Source: Mytilus californianus (taxonomy: Eukaryota). Taken from it: a stretch of 64,000 nucleotides of DNA. The DNA lies in NCBI RefSeq assembly GCF_021869535.1, contig NW_026262690.1:59768001-59832000 (forward strand), in the 5' to 3' direction. Under the pieces are notes generated by a model. The model searched no databases and was not told the origin of the DNA. It saw only the letters and a program-made list of their open reading frames with translations. The stretch's first letter is position 1; each line of letters begins with the position of its first letter. Shown piece by piece: positions 10,587 through 23,589 of this stretch. Made by a program: the position numbers and the translations under genes.

Positions 10587-12981
10587 CTTCTTCTTCTTCA
10601 TCATCCAAATACTGCCCACATTCAACATGATGAATATTCTGGCAAGTTGCGCATGATTAAAAACAGGTTATAAACAGGATAAAAACAAATTGTTCTGTTG
10701 ATTTAGTTTGTAGTTTTGGTCACTTGAGACTTGAATATTTCAAGAGACTTTGCTGTGACGGCATCTGGTGGCAGTTTGTTCCAATCCTCGATGGTGTTAA
10801 TGAAGAAGGGCCATTTCCTACAGTCTTTGGTGGCTGGCTGTAATAGGTGAGTATGTTGTCCTGTCCGGTTTGAGCTTCTTGTTGGTTTTTGTAGATATTT
10901 ATACTTGTCTATGGCTACAAGGTCGTTTGTTATTTTGTAACACATGATGAGTCGAGCTTATTTTCGTCTTGTTTGTAAGCTTTTCCATCCTAATTCAGTT
11001 ATCATGTTGCTGACACTTGATCTATTTCTATGTCTGCTGGTTACATATCGTGCAGCTCGTCTTTGTACCTTTTCAATTTTCTCTGTGGTTTTGCTGGTAC
11101 GGGTCCCATACTGTCGTGGCGTATTCCATTTGCGGTCTTACTAATATTTTATAGGCATGCTCTTTGATGGATTTTGAGCTAATGTGGAGGTTTCGATGTA
11201 GGAAACCAAGGCTTCGGCTGGCTTTTCCTGTGATGTTGTTTATATGTTCTCCCCAATCTAGAATATTTGCAATGGTGCAGCCTAGGTATTTAGTTGATGT
11301 TTCATGCACCAGAGTATGGCCGTGGAGTTTATAGTCCCACTTGATTGGCTTTTTCTTTTTTGTGACTGTGAGGACACTGCATTTTTCAGGATGGAACTCC
11401 ATTTTCCAGAGTTCTTCTTATTTTGCCAGTTTGTCCAGGTCTTCTTGGAGTGTATGGCAGTCGCTGTCTGATGTAATTGTCAAATAGACCACAGTATCGT
11501 CCGCAAACAGTCTCACTGTGGAGTGTAGGCCTTCTGGTAGGTCGTTGATGTAAAACAGAAAAAGACTGGGTCCTAATACTGGTCTTGCGGTACTCCGGAT
11601 TCTACTTTTACTTTGTCAGATGTTTCGCCTTTAACAACTATACTACCTGGGTTCTGCTGGTGAGAAATTCCTTTATCCATTTATTTGTTTTACTTCGGAT
11701 GCCATAATGGTGTAATTTATGGAGGAGTAAGCTGTGGGAAACCTTATCAAAAGCTTTTTTGAAAAGTCAAGTATTAGCAGATCTGATTGTTTTCCGTTTT
11801 CCAGGTTTTTTGTGATGTCATCGATACATTCAAGGAGTTGTGTTTCGCATGATCTTTTACTTATGAAGCCGTATTGTAGTGGGTATAGTATTTTATTTAC
11901 CTCTGCATGTTTCATGACGTTACTGGTGACTATGTGTTCTATTATTTTGCAGCAAATACATGTTAGGGATATTGGCCTATAGTTAGCTGCTATGTATTTC
12001 TAGCCTTTCTTATATGCTGGAGTGACATTTGCAGTTCGCCAGTCATCGGGTATCTTTCCTTTCTCCATTGAAAAATTGTATATAATGGTTAAGATTGGAA
12101 CAATTTCACTGGCTAGTTCTTTCAGAATCATTGGCTTGATGTTGTCTGGTCCAGCAGCCTTGTGTGGTTTTAGATTTTTCAGTTGTTTTTCCACTCCATT
12201 ATTTGTGATGATTATTTGTTCGCTGTCTGGATAATTTTCTGGTAGATCTGACATGAGTTTTTTTTCTTTTCAAAATCTCGTTTACTGATTGGACATGCAG
12301 CAGAGAATACTGACTGAAATTGATCATTTAGAATATTTGCTTTATTTATTGGGTCAGTTTCTAATTTCCCATTTCTTCTAAGTGGTGCTACTTCATTTTT
12401 ATCACTTTTTTTGTGTTTGATATAGGTCCAGAATCTTTTTGTTGGTGAACGGATGTCCTCGTTATCTTCTGGAGTTATTATGTCTTCTTTATACTTCCAA
12501 TAGGCTTGTCTTGATTTTTTTTGGATGGTTTGTTTCAGTTGTTTAAATCTTTTAACATCAGCAGCATGGTTTGATTTCTTTTTCTTTTTATAGGCTCGGT
12601 CTCTTCGCCTCATAAGTTTTTTGATTTCCTGGGTTATCCATGGGTTTTTGTCCTTAGTCTTGCATACTTTGGAAGGTATATGCTGGTTAGTACTGCTTTC
12701 TAGGTCTTCTTTGAACTTGTTCCAGAGTATATTGATGTTTGTCTTCTTGTTCATGCTTTCTTTTTGAATTTTGATATAAAGCAAATTCATATCCTCTTTT
12801 ATGCTGTCCCATTTAGCTCTTCTATACAGTTGGATTTTTCTTGGCTTTTGTTTGTTTGTCATTGGATTGGTGTTCATTTCTGCATAAACAATATCATGGT
12901 CTGAAATTCCTGGAATGACATCAAGTCTCATCATTTTACTAGGACAGTTAGTTATAAGACGGTCCAAAGTGTTTCTATTTC
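10587..12981 (-). mobile_element. 5'-truncated, frameshifted CR1/L2-group LINE (APE C-terminus plus RT) with (GAA)n tail
   Basis: Fragmented ORF2 peptides GISDHDIVY, KAAGPDNI, YGFISKRSCETQL, LGPSLFLFYINDLP...RLFADDT and KYLG. Tail (GAA)n at 10587-10599. Flanking direct repeat tagacat at 10580-10586 and 12982-12988. Confidence 0.9.
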
Positions 12982-13607
12982 TAGACATATACTCTTGTGC
13001 TGATTTATTTTTTTATTTTTTTGTCTTTATATTAATTACATGTTAGATTTTAATAACCATATTAAAAATATATTTTAAAAAGCTGTACAGCTGTTCAACA
13101 TTTGAAAAGCGTATTGGAAATAAGTGTTTTCAAAAAGTCAATTGATATGCTTATTCGCATCCGGGAGGTGGTCCTAAATAGGACGAACTTCCTTACAAGA
13201 ATAAACGAGATTGGACATTTAATTAACGTTTCTCTCCCATCCCCTGATGATCTCTCTTCCACCCATGCACGGGGAAAAAAACAACGAAAAAATGAGACAT
13301 GCAGCTGTGCAGTCAACAGTTTCTTGCAAATGGAATAACACTCGATATACAACTATGATGTTTTTTTAAAGTTTGGTAAGAGGACGATTTCATTTTTTTT
13401 AGAAAGAAGTCTAAGTTACAAGTTAAAATTTGCATAAACAATTCTCGAAATTTTTTTTCCCTGGTGGAATTTGAAGAAATCTGCTGATCCATACTATTAT
13501 TTCTATTGCAGAATACCAAAATTGTGTTTGTCCTTTGCAAAACTTTGCTTGTAAAAACCTTGTGTGTTGGGAACACCACTTGTCATATGCACTCCCCAAT
13601 AGTCTAT

Positions 13608-13930
13608 TTTCATATTACCGACTTTTGACTCCGGATTATATAATTTGTTGACTGGTTACCTTGGACATCATGGTACCAAGTCAGGTAAGAGCAAGCTAAA
13701 GAAGTAAAACCAAGCGTTCAATCGGTACAATTTTGGGGGAAAATTACCTGCTTAACATTTTTTTTTCACTACAAAATCATCGGAAAACAATAAACTTTCC
13801 CCTCAAATTACACCGATTATATGTTTGATTTTACTTATTTTGGTTGCTCTTACTTGACCAAGTACCATGATGTCCAAGGTAACCAGTCGACAAATTATAT
13901 AATCCGGAGTCAAAAGTCAGTAATATGAAA
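13608..13930. mobile_element. 323-bp MITE with about 85-100 bp TIRs and 9-bp TSD (Mutator-like)
   Basis: tttcatattaccgacttttgactccgg... is the inverse of ...ccggagtcaaaagtcagtaatatgaaa. TSD atagtctat at 13599-13607 and 13931-13939. Confidence 0.85.
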
Positions 13931-15916
13931 ATAGTCTATTAGTTATCCTCGATGATTGGAAGTTCGTTACCCTACCTCGAAACGGAAGAAAAAAATCACA
14001 ACCTTGGAGCAACTATTATCCACTATGAATGTAAATATTCTTTACTTATTTGCAAACAATCTGATACACTTTATTGATGAAAAGCTTCAGAAACATGGTC
14101 AATATGTCTATGTTTCGTATTGTGACCCGATTCCGTAAAATAAGTAGACATGCTTGTAAGTTCGTGACCTTTGTCTTGGACCTTGGCTTTTGCGCTTGTG
14201 CAACAATATATAGGTCAGGCCTATTGTATTATGTATTTGAGCATTACATAATAAATTTGAGATCAAATAACAAATGAATATCTCGAAAAAAAGAGAAATT
14301 GGGGCATACTAACTTTTGTATTCTCCCTACAACAAATATTCTAATTTTTACATGTGACTTTCAATGGTCAATTAGAAAGTCCAGAATTAAACAATTTAAA
14401 CACATTTAAGATAACTACAATGATGTCACAATGTGATTAATGCATCAAAGTATTTTTTCATTCAATTTGCACTCAATACCATATGATTAAATTTATTTTA
14501 CGAGCCAATATTCCATAGGTTTTGTTTTATCAAAATAAATCAAATCATTTTCTGATCTTAATAAATCCGCTCACATACAAACTTTGAAAAATAATACCCT
14601 TGGCCTTAAAAAAAAGAAAAAGAGCGCCACATAACCTAAAAATAGATGATGACTCATTGTTGAGATGTCCAAAACATTGCTGAAAGGATTCTCCCAAGAA
14701 TTCAACGAAATTCTAGGATAGGAGTAAAACCGTCATACATGTAGTGGAAATAGACGTTTAAACAAATGATATGCAAGAACATACACAACTTCTCTTTTTC
14801 AAGCCGATATTAGTAAAAATGCAATGCAAAATATCCGGTTATAAGTTTTTTTGAAGTAGCACGTTGCTGATGATAAATACTTATGCATGACATCACAAAT
14901 AAAGTGGAAATCCCCAAATGTCACGAACTTGCAAGCATAACGAACTTGCAATCTCCGACCATACATAATTTTTCATGTGCTTTCCCCAATTTGCCTGTTA
15001 GAATCTAAAGGATTCAGGGTAATTTCATTGTTTGTACCCCAAAATGAAAACAATGTCATGCAATTTGTTGAATTTCTATTGTTTAGGACGTTGTTAGCCA
15101 ATCACTATGTTTTGGTATAAGCTTTTCAAAATATTACCCTGGCAGAATGCATTAGATTCTGGAACAGTGAATTGAGGAAACTTTTGTTTCGGTTGAATTT
15201 ATTAACAAATTTTAGACTCGGGACAATTTAGAGCTTGACATTTTCTATAAACATGTATCTCTATTATTAACCTCTTTTTTTCAATGTTTTTATTTCTTTT
15301 GTTTCGATGCTTGCATTCATATATATATGTGCGTTTGGTTTTTGATACTTTGAGTAGATTTCTTTTTACTTGATATAAATATTTTATCCTCAATTATTTC
15401 AAGGTAATGTGCTATAAGTCTGAATCCCTTTTAAAATATTCAAATCTTTAAATGATACAATAACTGAAATATGTCCATACATATCTTTCATGTCTTTATT
15501 TCATCAAGTATTTCCAGTCAGGTACATTTTGTAACATACATAAGTCATTTATATAATAAACATATGTTTTTAGCACAAATTCAAACTTTTAAGACATACA
15601 CTAAAAAACATTGGTCTCAAAAAGTACAAAAAATAAAGGTTCCTTTCCAAGCACTAAAGTTGGAAGACAACTAGTTCTATCATGTAGTTTAACCCCGGCA
15701 CATTCTATATGTGCCTGTCCCAAGTCAGGAGCCTGTAGTTCAGTGGTTGTTGTTGGTTCATGTCTGTCATATTTTTTTTTCTTAAATTGTTTTGTTAGAG
15801 CAAACTAGTTAAGCCTAAAGTAAAGAAATAGAGAACTTTTGACATTATTCCCCAGTTTTTAGATGTATCTGATGGAAATAAATTGTATACATCTTTAAAT
15901 TTTCTTTCAAAAGTAA

Positions 15917-17953
15917 ATATATATATGTTAGACTCAGATCAACATCCGGACTCTAATCCACGTCCGTTCCTCAAATCGACGTCCAATTCTGACGTCACAT
16001 TCTCAAATTGACGTCCAATATTTGTATACTCTAATCAACGTCCAATGTTAGATCATGTATTGCCAAAACGACGTCTGATTGATTACTGGACTAACACCTA
16101 TACATGTACATGTTTTGTAGGGTTCAAGATTATGACAACTCAATTTTCAAACATTTATACATACTTTCCATATAGATTTTTTTAACCCCCAAATAGGTAA
16201 CATGCATATTGATATTTATCTTGATAAAAAGGTTAGTCCAATCGATCTACATTGTAGTATTCCACGTTGTCATGTATTGCCAAAACGACGTCTGATTTAT
16301 TAGTGGACTTACACCTATACATGTACATCATGTACATGTTTTGTAGGGTTCAAGATTATGACAACTAAATTTTCAAACATTTATACATACTTTCCATATA
16401 GATTTTTTCAACCCGAAATAGGTAGAGTGGGTGGCGCATATTCGCCGTGGACACATTTTTGCTGTTTTGCTATTTTTTCTGTAAAATTCGTGTGCCTTTA
16501 CCCAATTCTTGCCTAAATATGTCAAAGGCTGTTTGTAATGTTCGAACTGTTAATATTCCTCTTTACACCATTTCCAAGGTTATTCGCACATATAAAGAAA
16601 TACGCAGGTGTTTTTAAACGATTTTGGCAATTATGTAAGATTTATATGGCAATCATGCACAGTCTTAAAGTAAATATTTGTGAGAAAAATCGTATAGGAA
16701 TGATATCTCAAGGTAATTCATGTAATTGCAAACATTCGTTTTTATAATATACCAGGATAATGAGGATGGTCATATCATACATTGCAGCGAAAATGTGTCC
16801 CCAATGGTACACTAACAAATTGATTTCCTCTTGAGTTTGCGTTCATTTTTAGAACAATTTACCAATGTTTTGAAGATAATTCCTTTATCAAACATTTTTT
16901 TCATATAGTAAAATTTCTGAAACCTACATAAAAAGTAAGTGGAAATGAACGAATTATGTGGCGAATATGGGTCACTCACTCTAACATGCATATTTATATT
17001 TATCTTAACAAAAGTTTTGTCCAATCGATCTACATAGTACATTGTAATGTGTCTTTCATATTCATATTAATAAATGACATGCATGTAAGTGTAAGTCAAT
17101 GAGAAAACAACCCAATGACAAAGAAAACCAAACAACATCTACTCGGAGGGCATAAGTCAGTCTTCAACAATACACAAAATAAAGAAGTACAGCCAATTGT
17201 TTTGAGAGTATTATAAATTATTACACCTGGAGTGAAACATATACGCAGGAACTCTGTCATATTTGTGTTTCTGAATTGTTTAGTTATAAATAAGACCGTT
17301 AGTTTTCTAATTTGAATTGTTGACATTATTCCTGTCGTGGCCTTTTTAAGCCGACTTTACGGTATGGGTTTTATCATTGTTGAAAGCCGTACGGTTGCCT
17401 ATAATAAGGCTATAATTGCTCACATTCACTTTATTTGAACTCTGATGGATAGTATTAGTTGTCCTATTGGTAATCATATCACATCTTATTTTTATGTAAT
17501 CTCTAAAATCTAAAAATTGATATAACATCCTGTTTGCATACTACATGTAGAAGGTAATAAATTAAAAAAAACGTAAATAGATTTTATTTGTCACACATAG
17601 ATATAAGAAGATGTGGTATGAGTGCCTATGAGACAACTCTCCATCCAAGTCACAATTTGTAAAAGAAAAACCATTATAGGTCAAAGTACGGTCATAATAT
17701 GTTTAAAAGTCTTAAGGTTTCAGCTGATATTGGTTCAGTTCAATTTTGTATTTTGTGTCCAAAACGTACGTTGATTAAAGAAGCTAAAAATTGGACGTCG
17801 ATAGAGAAGCCAAAAATTGGACGTCGATTAGATATGCATAAAATTGGCCGTCGATTTGAAGATATTTTATTGTGACGTCAGATTTGGACGTCAATTTGAG
17901 GAACGGATGTGGATTAGAGACCGGACGTCGATCTGAGTCTTACATATATATAT
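15917..17953. mobile_element. About 2-kb foldback-like element with long imperfect TIRs containing gacgtccaa subrepeats, flanked by (TA)n
   Basis: tatatatgttagactcagatcaacatccgg (about 15920) is inverted relative to ccggacgtcgatctgagtcttacatatata (about 17950). Confidence 0.7.
16425..16981. mobile_element. 557-bp Tc1/mariner-type MITE with TA TSD
   Basis: TIR gagtgggtggcgcatattcgcc versus ggcgaatatgggtcactcactc, with TA on both sides. The adjacent duplicate unit shows the empty site aaataggtaacatgc near 16190-16205. Confidence 0.8.
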
Positions 17954-18142
17954 CTGAATCCAGATAAACATTTGATGCAAAATACATTTACATGATATAA
18001 CATTTTATACACCATACATTTACATTGTATAACATTTTATGCAACATACATGTTCATAGTTTTACTTATTTTTCAGAAGTAAAGATTATGGACTTGATTT
18101 TTGTGGAATAGAAAAGATTTCTTTTGATACAGATATTCAGTT

Positions 18143-19095
18143 ATGATGACATTTCGGCAATTGATAAAGCTCTCATGGAGATGTGGAGTTGCTTTGACAA
18201 GATCAAACTTCCACTCCTCAAACAGTATTTGTCTATATGATAAACCAACATATAGCAAAATAAGATATTTTTATACTACTATCATAGTTCAACAATGTAG
18301 ACAATTAAACACAAGAAGCCATTATTTCAAGAAAGAGACTGAAAGTTCTACAAATGATGAAGTAGAAAGTACAGACAAGTGGGATGGATTTGGAACAGTT
18401 TTAAAGGAGTTTCATTTAGCTGTAACAAAGTCAAACACTCAATTCACTATTCCATATTTTGAAGAGCTTGAATCAAGAGTTAAGGAAGAGAACCATCATA
18501 AATCCAAATTGTTTGACAATATTGTTATGATAGAATTTGAAGAAAATAATAATTTAGATGGAGCCAATGTTTTTTTAGAGTATTTGTCCCAGAAAGGAAG
18601 AAAGCTTGGAATTATTCCAAGAGTTGAGTACATAGAGTTATTAGGGAAAACTAACTGTAATCAAGAGCATGATGAACTTATTTACTCACAGTACAAGGAA
18701 TGTGAAGATTTTCTAGATATCCTAGACAGAAGGTTGTTACAAAAATTAATTTCTGCTTTTTCAACAACTGCAAAATGGAAGAAAAGCCTGGAATTTATTG
18801 ACAAGGTTGAATCTCCTAAAGGTTTACCGTTCTCATTTTATGTACCTATTTTAGAGGCTGCTTTGAACAATCAAGATTTAGAGTACTTCACTTCTACCTT
18901 TGACATGGCATACAATAACAGACCTTCACACGAGACCCATGAAAAAATCATTCAAGAAGTCCTTGAGAAAACTGTAGATGTATGTAAAAAGTATCCAGAA
19001 AGTGCAACATTTGACCATCTTCTCAACATGCTTCAAAAGTATTATGTATTTCCAACTGAAGAAACAGCAAACGACATACAAAACTACTTGGAAAA
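18143..19095 (+). CDS. PRORP: Mitochondrial RNase P catalytic subunit, coding exon 1 (mitochondrial presequence plus PPR-like helical region)
   Basis: 321-aa ORF with a basic, acid-poor N-terminus. Donor GAAAA|gtttgt at 19096 (phase 2) joins in frame to the downstream exons, which carry the NYN/PRORP catalytic motifs. The start could be either of the two adjacent ATGs. Confidence 0.88.
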
Positions 19096-19289
19096 GTTTG
19101 TATTTTAAGCTGTTAGATTATTTTATGCCAAAACTGAAAAAGCACAGATCTAGAATCCTAGTGTAATTTTAAATTCTAATTTCTACTAGTTGTTCTTATG
19201 TTTGGTTGTTACACCAATTGGATACAAAAGTGATCTTATGTTGATTTTTCATTGAGATAAAAACACAAAGCAATTTTGGTATATATATG

Positions 19290-19700
19290 CACTCTGAAAA
19301 AATCGTCCCTTCATAAATTTTACGGACACCATCACGAGTTGGTTGACTGTTATGGAATATCCGTTTCACAAATGACATCGAATATGTTCCAATTGTTCTA
19401 ACTACAATCCTGTCCCGTTTTCCCCAAATGTGACCTACTGAAATAGACTTATCACCGGGTTTGTACTAACATGAGCAACACGACGGGTGCCACATGTGGA
19501 GCAGGATCTGCTTGCCCTTCCAGAGCACCAGAGATCACCCCCAGTTTTTGGTGGGGTTCGTGTTGCTTAGTGTTTGGTTTTCTATGTTGTGTTTTGTGTA
19601 CTGTTGTATCTCTTTTCTTTTTTTAGCCATGGCGTTGTCCGTTTATTTTCGACTTATGAGTTTGAATGTCCCTTTGGTATCCTTCCCCTCTATTTTTCAA
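19290..19700 (+). mobile_element. 3' end of a Penelope-like retroelement (RT C-terminus plus 3'UTR), 5'-truncated, in PRORP intron 1
   Basis: Peptide FYGHHHELVDCYGISVSQMT followed by a GC-richer UTR. This resembles invertebrate PLE C-termini as I recall them. Confidence 0.55.
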
Positions 19701-19835
19701 AATACATGAAATTTGCAATAACTGTATGATGCACAAATATTTTGACAATGTATCTCCATCAATGTGGTATTATTTTCCATTTGTAAATAATAATGTGGAA
19801 TACATTGACTTGTAGTTTATTTCTCTTTTTTTCAG

Positions 19836-19877
19836 TATTTATGGTTGTAAAGTAAAGAAAACTGTTGTTAATTACAG
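19836..19877 (+). CDS. PRORP: PRORP coding exon 2 (42 bp, IYGCKVKKTVVNY)
   Basis: Acceptor ttctcttttttttcag at 19835 and donor CAG|gtatac at 19878. The phase 2-2 exon keeps the frame between exons 1 and 3. Confidence 0.8.
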
Positions 19878-20206
19878 GTATACACATATTCTAATAGTTA
19901 TTTGAGATTCAGATATTTTTATCCATTCTACACAATTATTATCATGATTAAATATCGAATTTTAAGTCTAAATCAAATTTGTAAATGCAAAATGAATCAA
20001 GTTTTATACTTTTAAGGACATTACCATAAGAATTGAGTGCTAAAAGTTTTATGAAGATTTGACTAGACAAAGTTTTTTTGATGGTTTTGATCAATGTATG
20101 ATTTGTACTTAACAATGCTTAATGTTTAAATAAAAGCTTGGAAAGTTACAGCATTCAAGACTTTTAAAGGTAAATTAACTTTCAGAAAATTGTTTTTTTT
20201 TTACAG

Positions 20207-20462
20207 AGGAGAGTGTAAATCGTGTATGAGAAAAATGGATCAAGCTGAATTAACTAAAGAAGAATTTCAGGAATTAAGAAGTGTATTTCTTGATCGTACC
20301 TTGTATGAGGGTGACACGTTTTATTGGACATCACCAGAAGAGTTGAAGACATTCCTGGATTTTCTAGAAAAGAATGGTCCATTTGACATAGTGATAGATA
20401 ATCTGAATTTGATATTCTCTCACTTCACAAGGCCTAACCAACAAGGAAGTACATTTCAGAAG
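20207..20462 (+). CDS. PRORP: PRORP coding exon 3 (Zn-binding CxxC and first catalytic Asp)
   Basis: RGECKSC...GPFDIVIDNLN resembles human GQCSGC...PFDVVIDGLN (human sequence from recall). Acceptor tttttacag; donor AAG|gttatt. Confidence 0.92.
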
Positions 20463-20932
20463 GTTATTATAATGTTAATTTTTTGAAACCTAGACTGTAT
20501 ACTAGTGTCTCAGATAGACCAATACATATTAAATATTAAGCAAAGTTTTATAGCTTTTATACCTCTAATAAGTACTTGTACTTACTGTGACTTGACTGTT
20601 AGTGTTGCTCTCCACCTGTTGCAACTTATTCAAAATTCTGACCAAACTGCAATTTGTTTTATAAAACCAAACTGTTCAGCTGGTCAGAAATTTGAACAAA
20701 CTGCTGTAGAAAACCACAGTCAAGTTGTGAAAGTGCAAGGTGATAAAATAAAGCATCCTCACAATCCTATAAGAGGGTTTCACATAGCATATGATGGAAT
20801 TTGCCTTATCTATTCAAATGTGTGTTAGTTTGGTTTTGAATTTATGACCGATGCTCGGCTTTCTTGATCCTTAAAAAGCTTTTTTGTCAAAAGGAAAAGA
20901 TTGTTTTAAAACTTATGAAAATTATTTTGCAG

Positions 20933-21045
20933 TGTCAAGAGGCAGTGGATTATTTTGCACATAAAGGAAAGAGAGTTTTGATTGTAACAAGAAAAACTTT
21001 CCCTAGAGAATACAAAAATGCTAAAACATTTAAAGTTCATCGAAG
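20933..21045 (+). CDS. PRORP: PRORP coding exon 4
   Basis: CQEAVDYFAHKGKRVLIVTRKTF resembles human QLAKRNLRLLVLGRKH. Acceptor ttttgcag; donor AG|gtaaat (phase 2). Confidence 0.85.
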
Positions 21046-22279
21046 GTAAATTCTGTTTATATACATTTGAAAAAAAGATTTACGATAGATTCAAGGGTCT
21101 GAACATTTTTCATGCAATGTCAGTCATTTTTCAAAGCATGACATTCAGGTAACCTTGGAGGTAAGAAAGACAGTTTCAATTATTCTGCAATGTTGTCAAA
21201 GTTATCATTATCTGAACAACTTTGGTCGTGACAGAAAAAAATAAAACTGTTTGTGTACAAATTACATTATAAAATGGACACTATTTTGATCCTCAAATAC
21301 TGGTTTGCATAAGTAGAGCTAGTTTTTCCTCCCCTTTTTTTTATCCAAAAAAATTCTTCAAGTTTTATTGATTATTAATAATTTGCTTGTAAATGGCAAA
21401 TAAAGAAGGACAATGCTTTTATGAACATGCCAATTTACTTGTGTATTTCAGGATACACTCAAAATGTCTGTTTTATTTCCTGAATGGTATTTTTAAAATG
21501 TTAGCTGGCTAATTTTATTCATGATAAACTGGTGATTAAATAATTATTACAACGTGGCTGATCTTTGTAATTGTTAGCATCTGAGTTCTAATACAATGCA
21601 TTTATTTCAGTCATTTTTATCCAAAAATAAAACATCTGTCATAACTTGTTCTTGAACCTTGAATAGAGTTAAATTTGGATATTAATTTGAATTATGTTTT
21701 AATTGTATGATAAATCTTGGACAAGTGGAGGAAGAGTAGAAGGCTTCTTACATTCTTATGTATTAGTTTTGGTAATAAAGATATTGGGTTAAGGAGAGCA
21801 GTTGCTCACTGTGTCAAGAATGTGACATTCAGTTCCTATGGTACAGCTGTCATTTATTCCCAGTGTATAAAAAAGAGCATGTATTGGTTTGATCTGTCAA
21901 TAAATCAATTTGTTTCATTCTTTCAATCATATTTTCCTCAACAATTGCAGATCACTTTATGTTTATAAGCTGCTATGTAATACATTTTCAAATGTTTCTA
22001 TTATCTATGTCCTATTTGACAATAACATTTAACATATCTCAATTTATGCTTAATTCAAAAGGAAAATCTGTCTACAATCAAATCTTGACCCAAGTACTGT
22101 ATGTGTAGTTACTTTGGAAATGCATGTGCATGTAATACCAATGATTTTTGCTATATTAATGTATTTTACATGGCTTATTATAAAAACCATGAAATTAATA
22201 TTATGGTTCCAGTTTGACAAAAGAAACAGACAGATTTCTAGTATTTTAATAGTGACGTGAATATCTTTATTTTTTTCAG

Positions 22280-22472
22280 TACACATGATGACTCTTATAT
22301 GTTATTTGGTGCATTGTTTAGTGGTTATTCCTGTATGTTTATGTCCAAAGATTATTTTCGTGACAGTAAGCATAGGCTAGGAAGCAAACATGGAGAGATT
22401 TTCCAAAAATGGCAGAGATCTAGGCAGGTCAGCTTGCTAACAAAAGCTAACAGCGATCACTTTACTGTTCTG
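22280..22472 (+). CDS. PRORP: PRORP coding exon 5 (catalytic DD and D)
   Basis: STHDDSYMLFGALFSG...SKDYFRD...FQKWQRSRQ resembles human SEDDPFLLYATLHSG...TRDLMRD...FFKWQQGHQ. Acceptor ttttttcag; donor CTG|gtatgt. Confidence 0.92.
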
Positions 22473-23395
22473 GTATGTATTTCAAAAAGTGAATATTAAA
22501 AATGAAGTTTAGTAGGATGCAGGAACAAATGTTCAGTTTGCAATATTCAATATTTTTATTTTATTTGAGCAAAGATTTATAATTAACATAGTAAATATCT
22601 CCCTGTTGTTTAAACAACAATACCATTTTATCAAAACCACTAAATGACCATGGCACATTGTTTTAGCAATGTCAGTAATTTTGTCAGGTAGTTTTTCAGA
22701 CTTTTTCTTTATGTCTGCAGATATTGATCTGAGTTTTTGTACATTTTTAATGATGATAACTACTAGTCTGTGTTTGTGAGTGATGAGTTATGGTATGACT
22801 GACTTTTCACCAATTTATGGCTTTGTACTTATCCAGACTTTATTTGTAATGCTTCCACAAAATGTATATTTAATAATGAGGCTGCAGGTAGAGCAATAGA
22901 TTTTTCTATTAAAATCGTCTAATTTTTTTTAATGAGTAGTTATTTAAATGCTAAAACAAAATCTATTGAATCATCTATACAGTGTATATTTAATTTTCAA
23001 ATGTGTCCCAAATGAGGCCCTGAATGCCCATCATTATCCTTTGCATTTAATTAGTATTGCCAATGGTTTTTTTATTATTATGTATTAAACATTCTTGTTC
23101 ATAACAAAGACATCAAAAAAACAGTTGACAACCCAAGCGAAGAACCAAGTAATACAAATTTTGAATCTGGTTCCTTATTAGGAAGAGGAATAAGAAAACG
23201 GCTGTGAATAACTTTTTTTTTTTAACTTAACCTTTGAAGAAGAGGGTTTATATTTTTTGAAATGTGTACCAATACTGTACTTGTGCTTGGTTCATAAATA
23301 TGTTCATTTAAAGAAATGATATTGCTTAGATAAAAGTGTCATCTTACAATGTTATTCCTGTAAAAACTATAACAGAAGTTATTTTCTTTCTTCAG

Positions 23396-23533
23396 TGGCC
23401 AAGAACTTATGATCCAAGAGCACAGATGACAGATGATGGTGTTTTACACATACCTTTTAGGAGTGAAAATGACAGAAGAACATCTTATGAAACTCCAACA
23501 ACTTTCCTGTGTGCAAAATTTAATATTAAATAA
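23396..23533 (+). CDS. PRORP: PRORP coding exon 6 (terminal; Zn-ligand His and Cys)
   Basis: WPRTYDPRAQMTDDGVLHIPF...YETPTTFLCAKFNIK* resembles human YDTVVQTTGDSWHIPY...EVPTKWLC. Acceptor ctttcttcag; stop TAA at 23531-23533. Confidence 0.9.
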   Translation, partial: WPRTYDPRAQMTDDGVLHIPFRSENDRRTSYETPTTFLCAKFNIK

Positions 23534-23589
23534 ATCAGTTTTATAAAGATGTATTATGTATGATTAGGGTTTTACACATACCATATACA

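Noticed and set aside
13095-13579. Short overlapping ORFs next to the LINE
   Set aside because: No recognisable domain, and they lie outside the LINE's TSD. Possibly old TE sequence, but unassignable.
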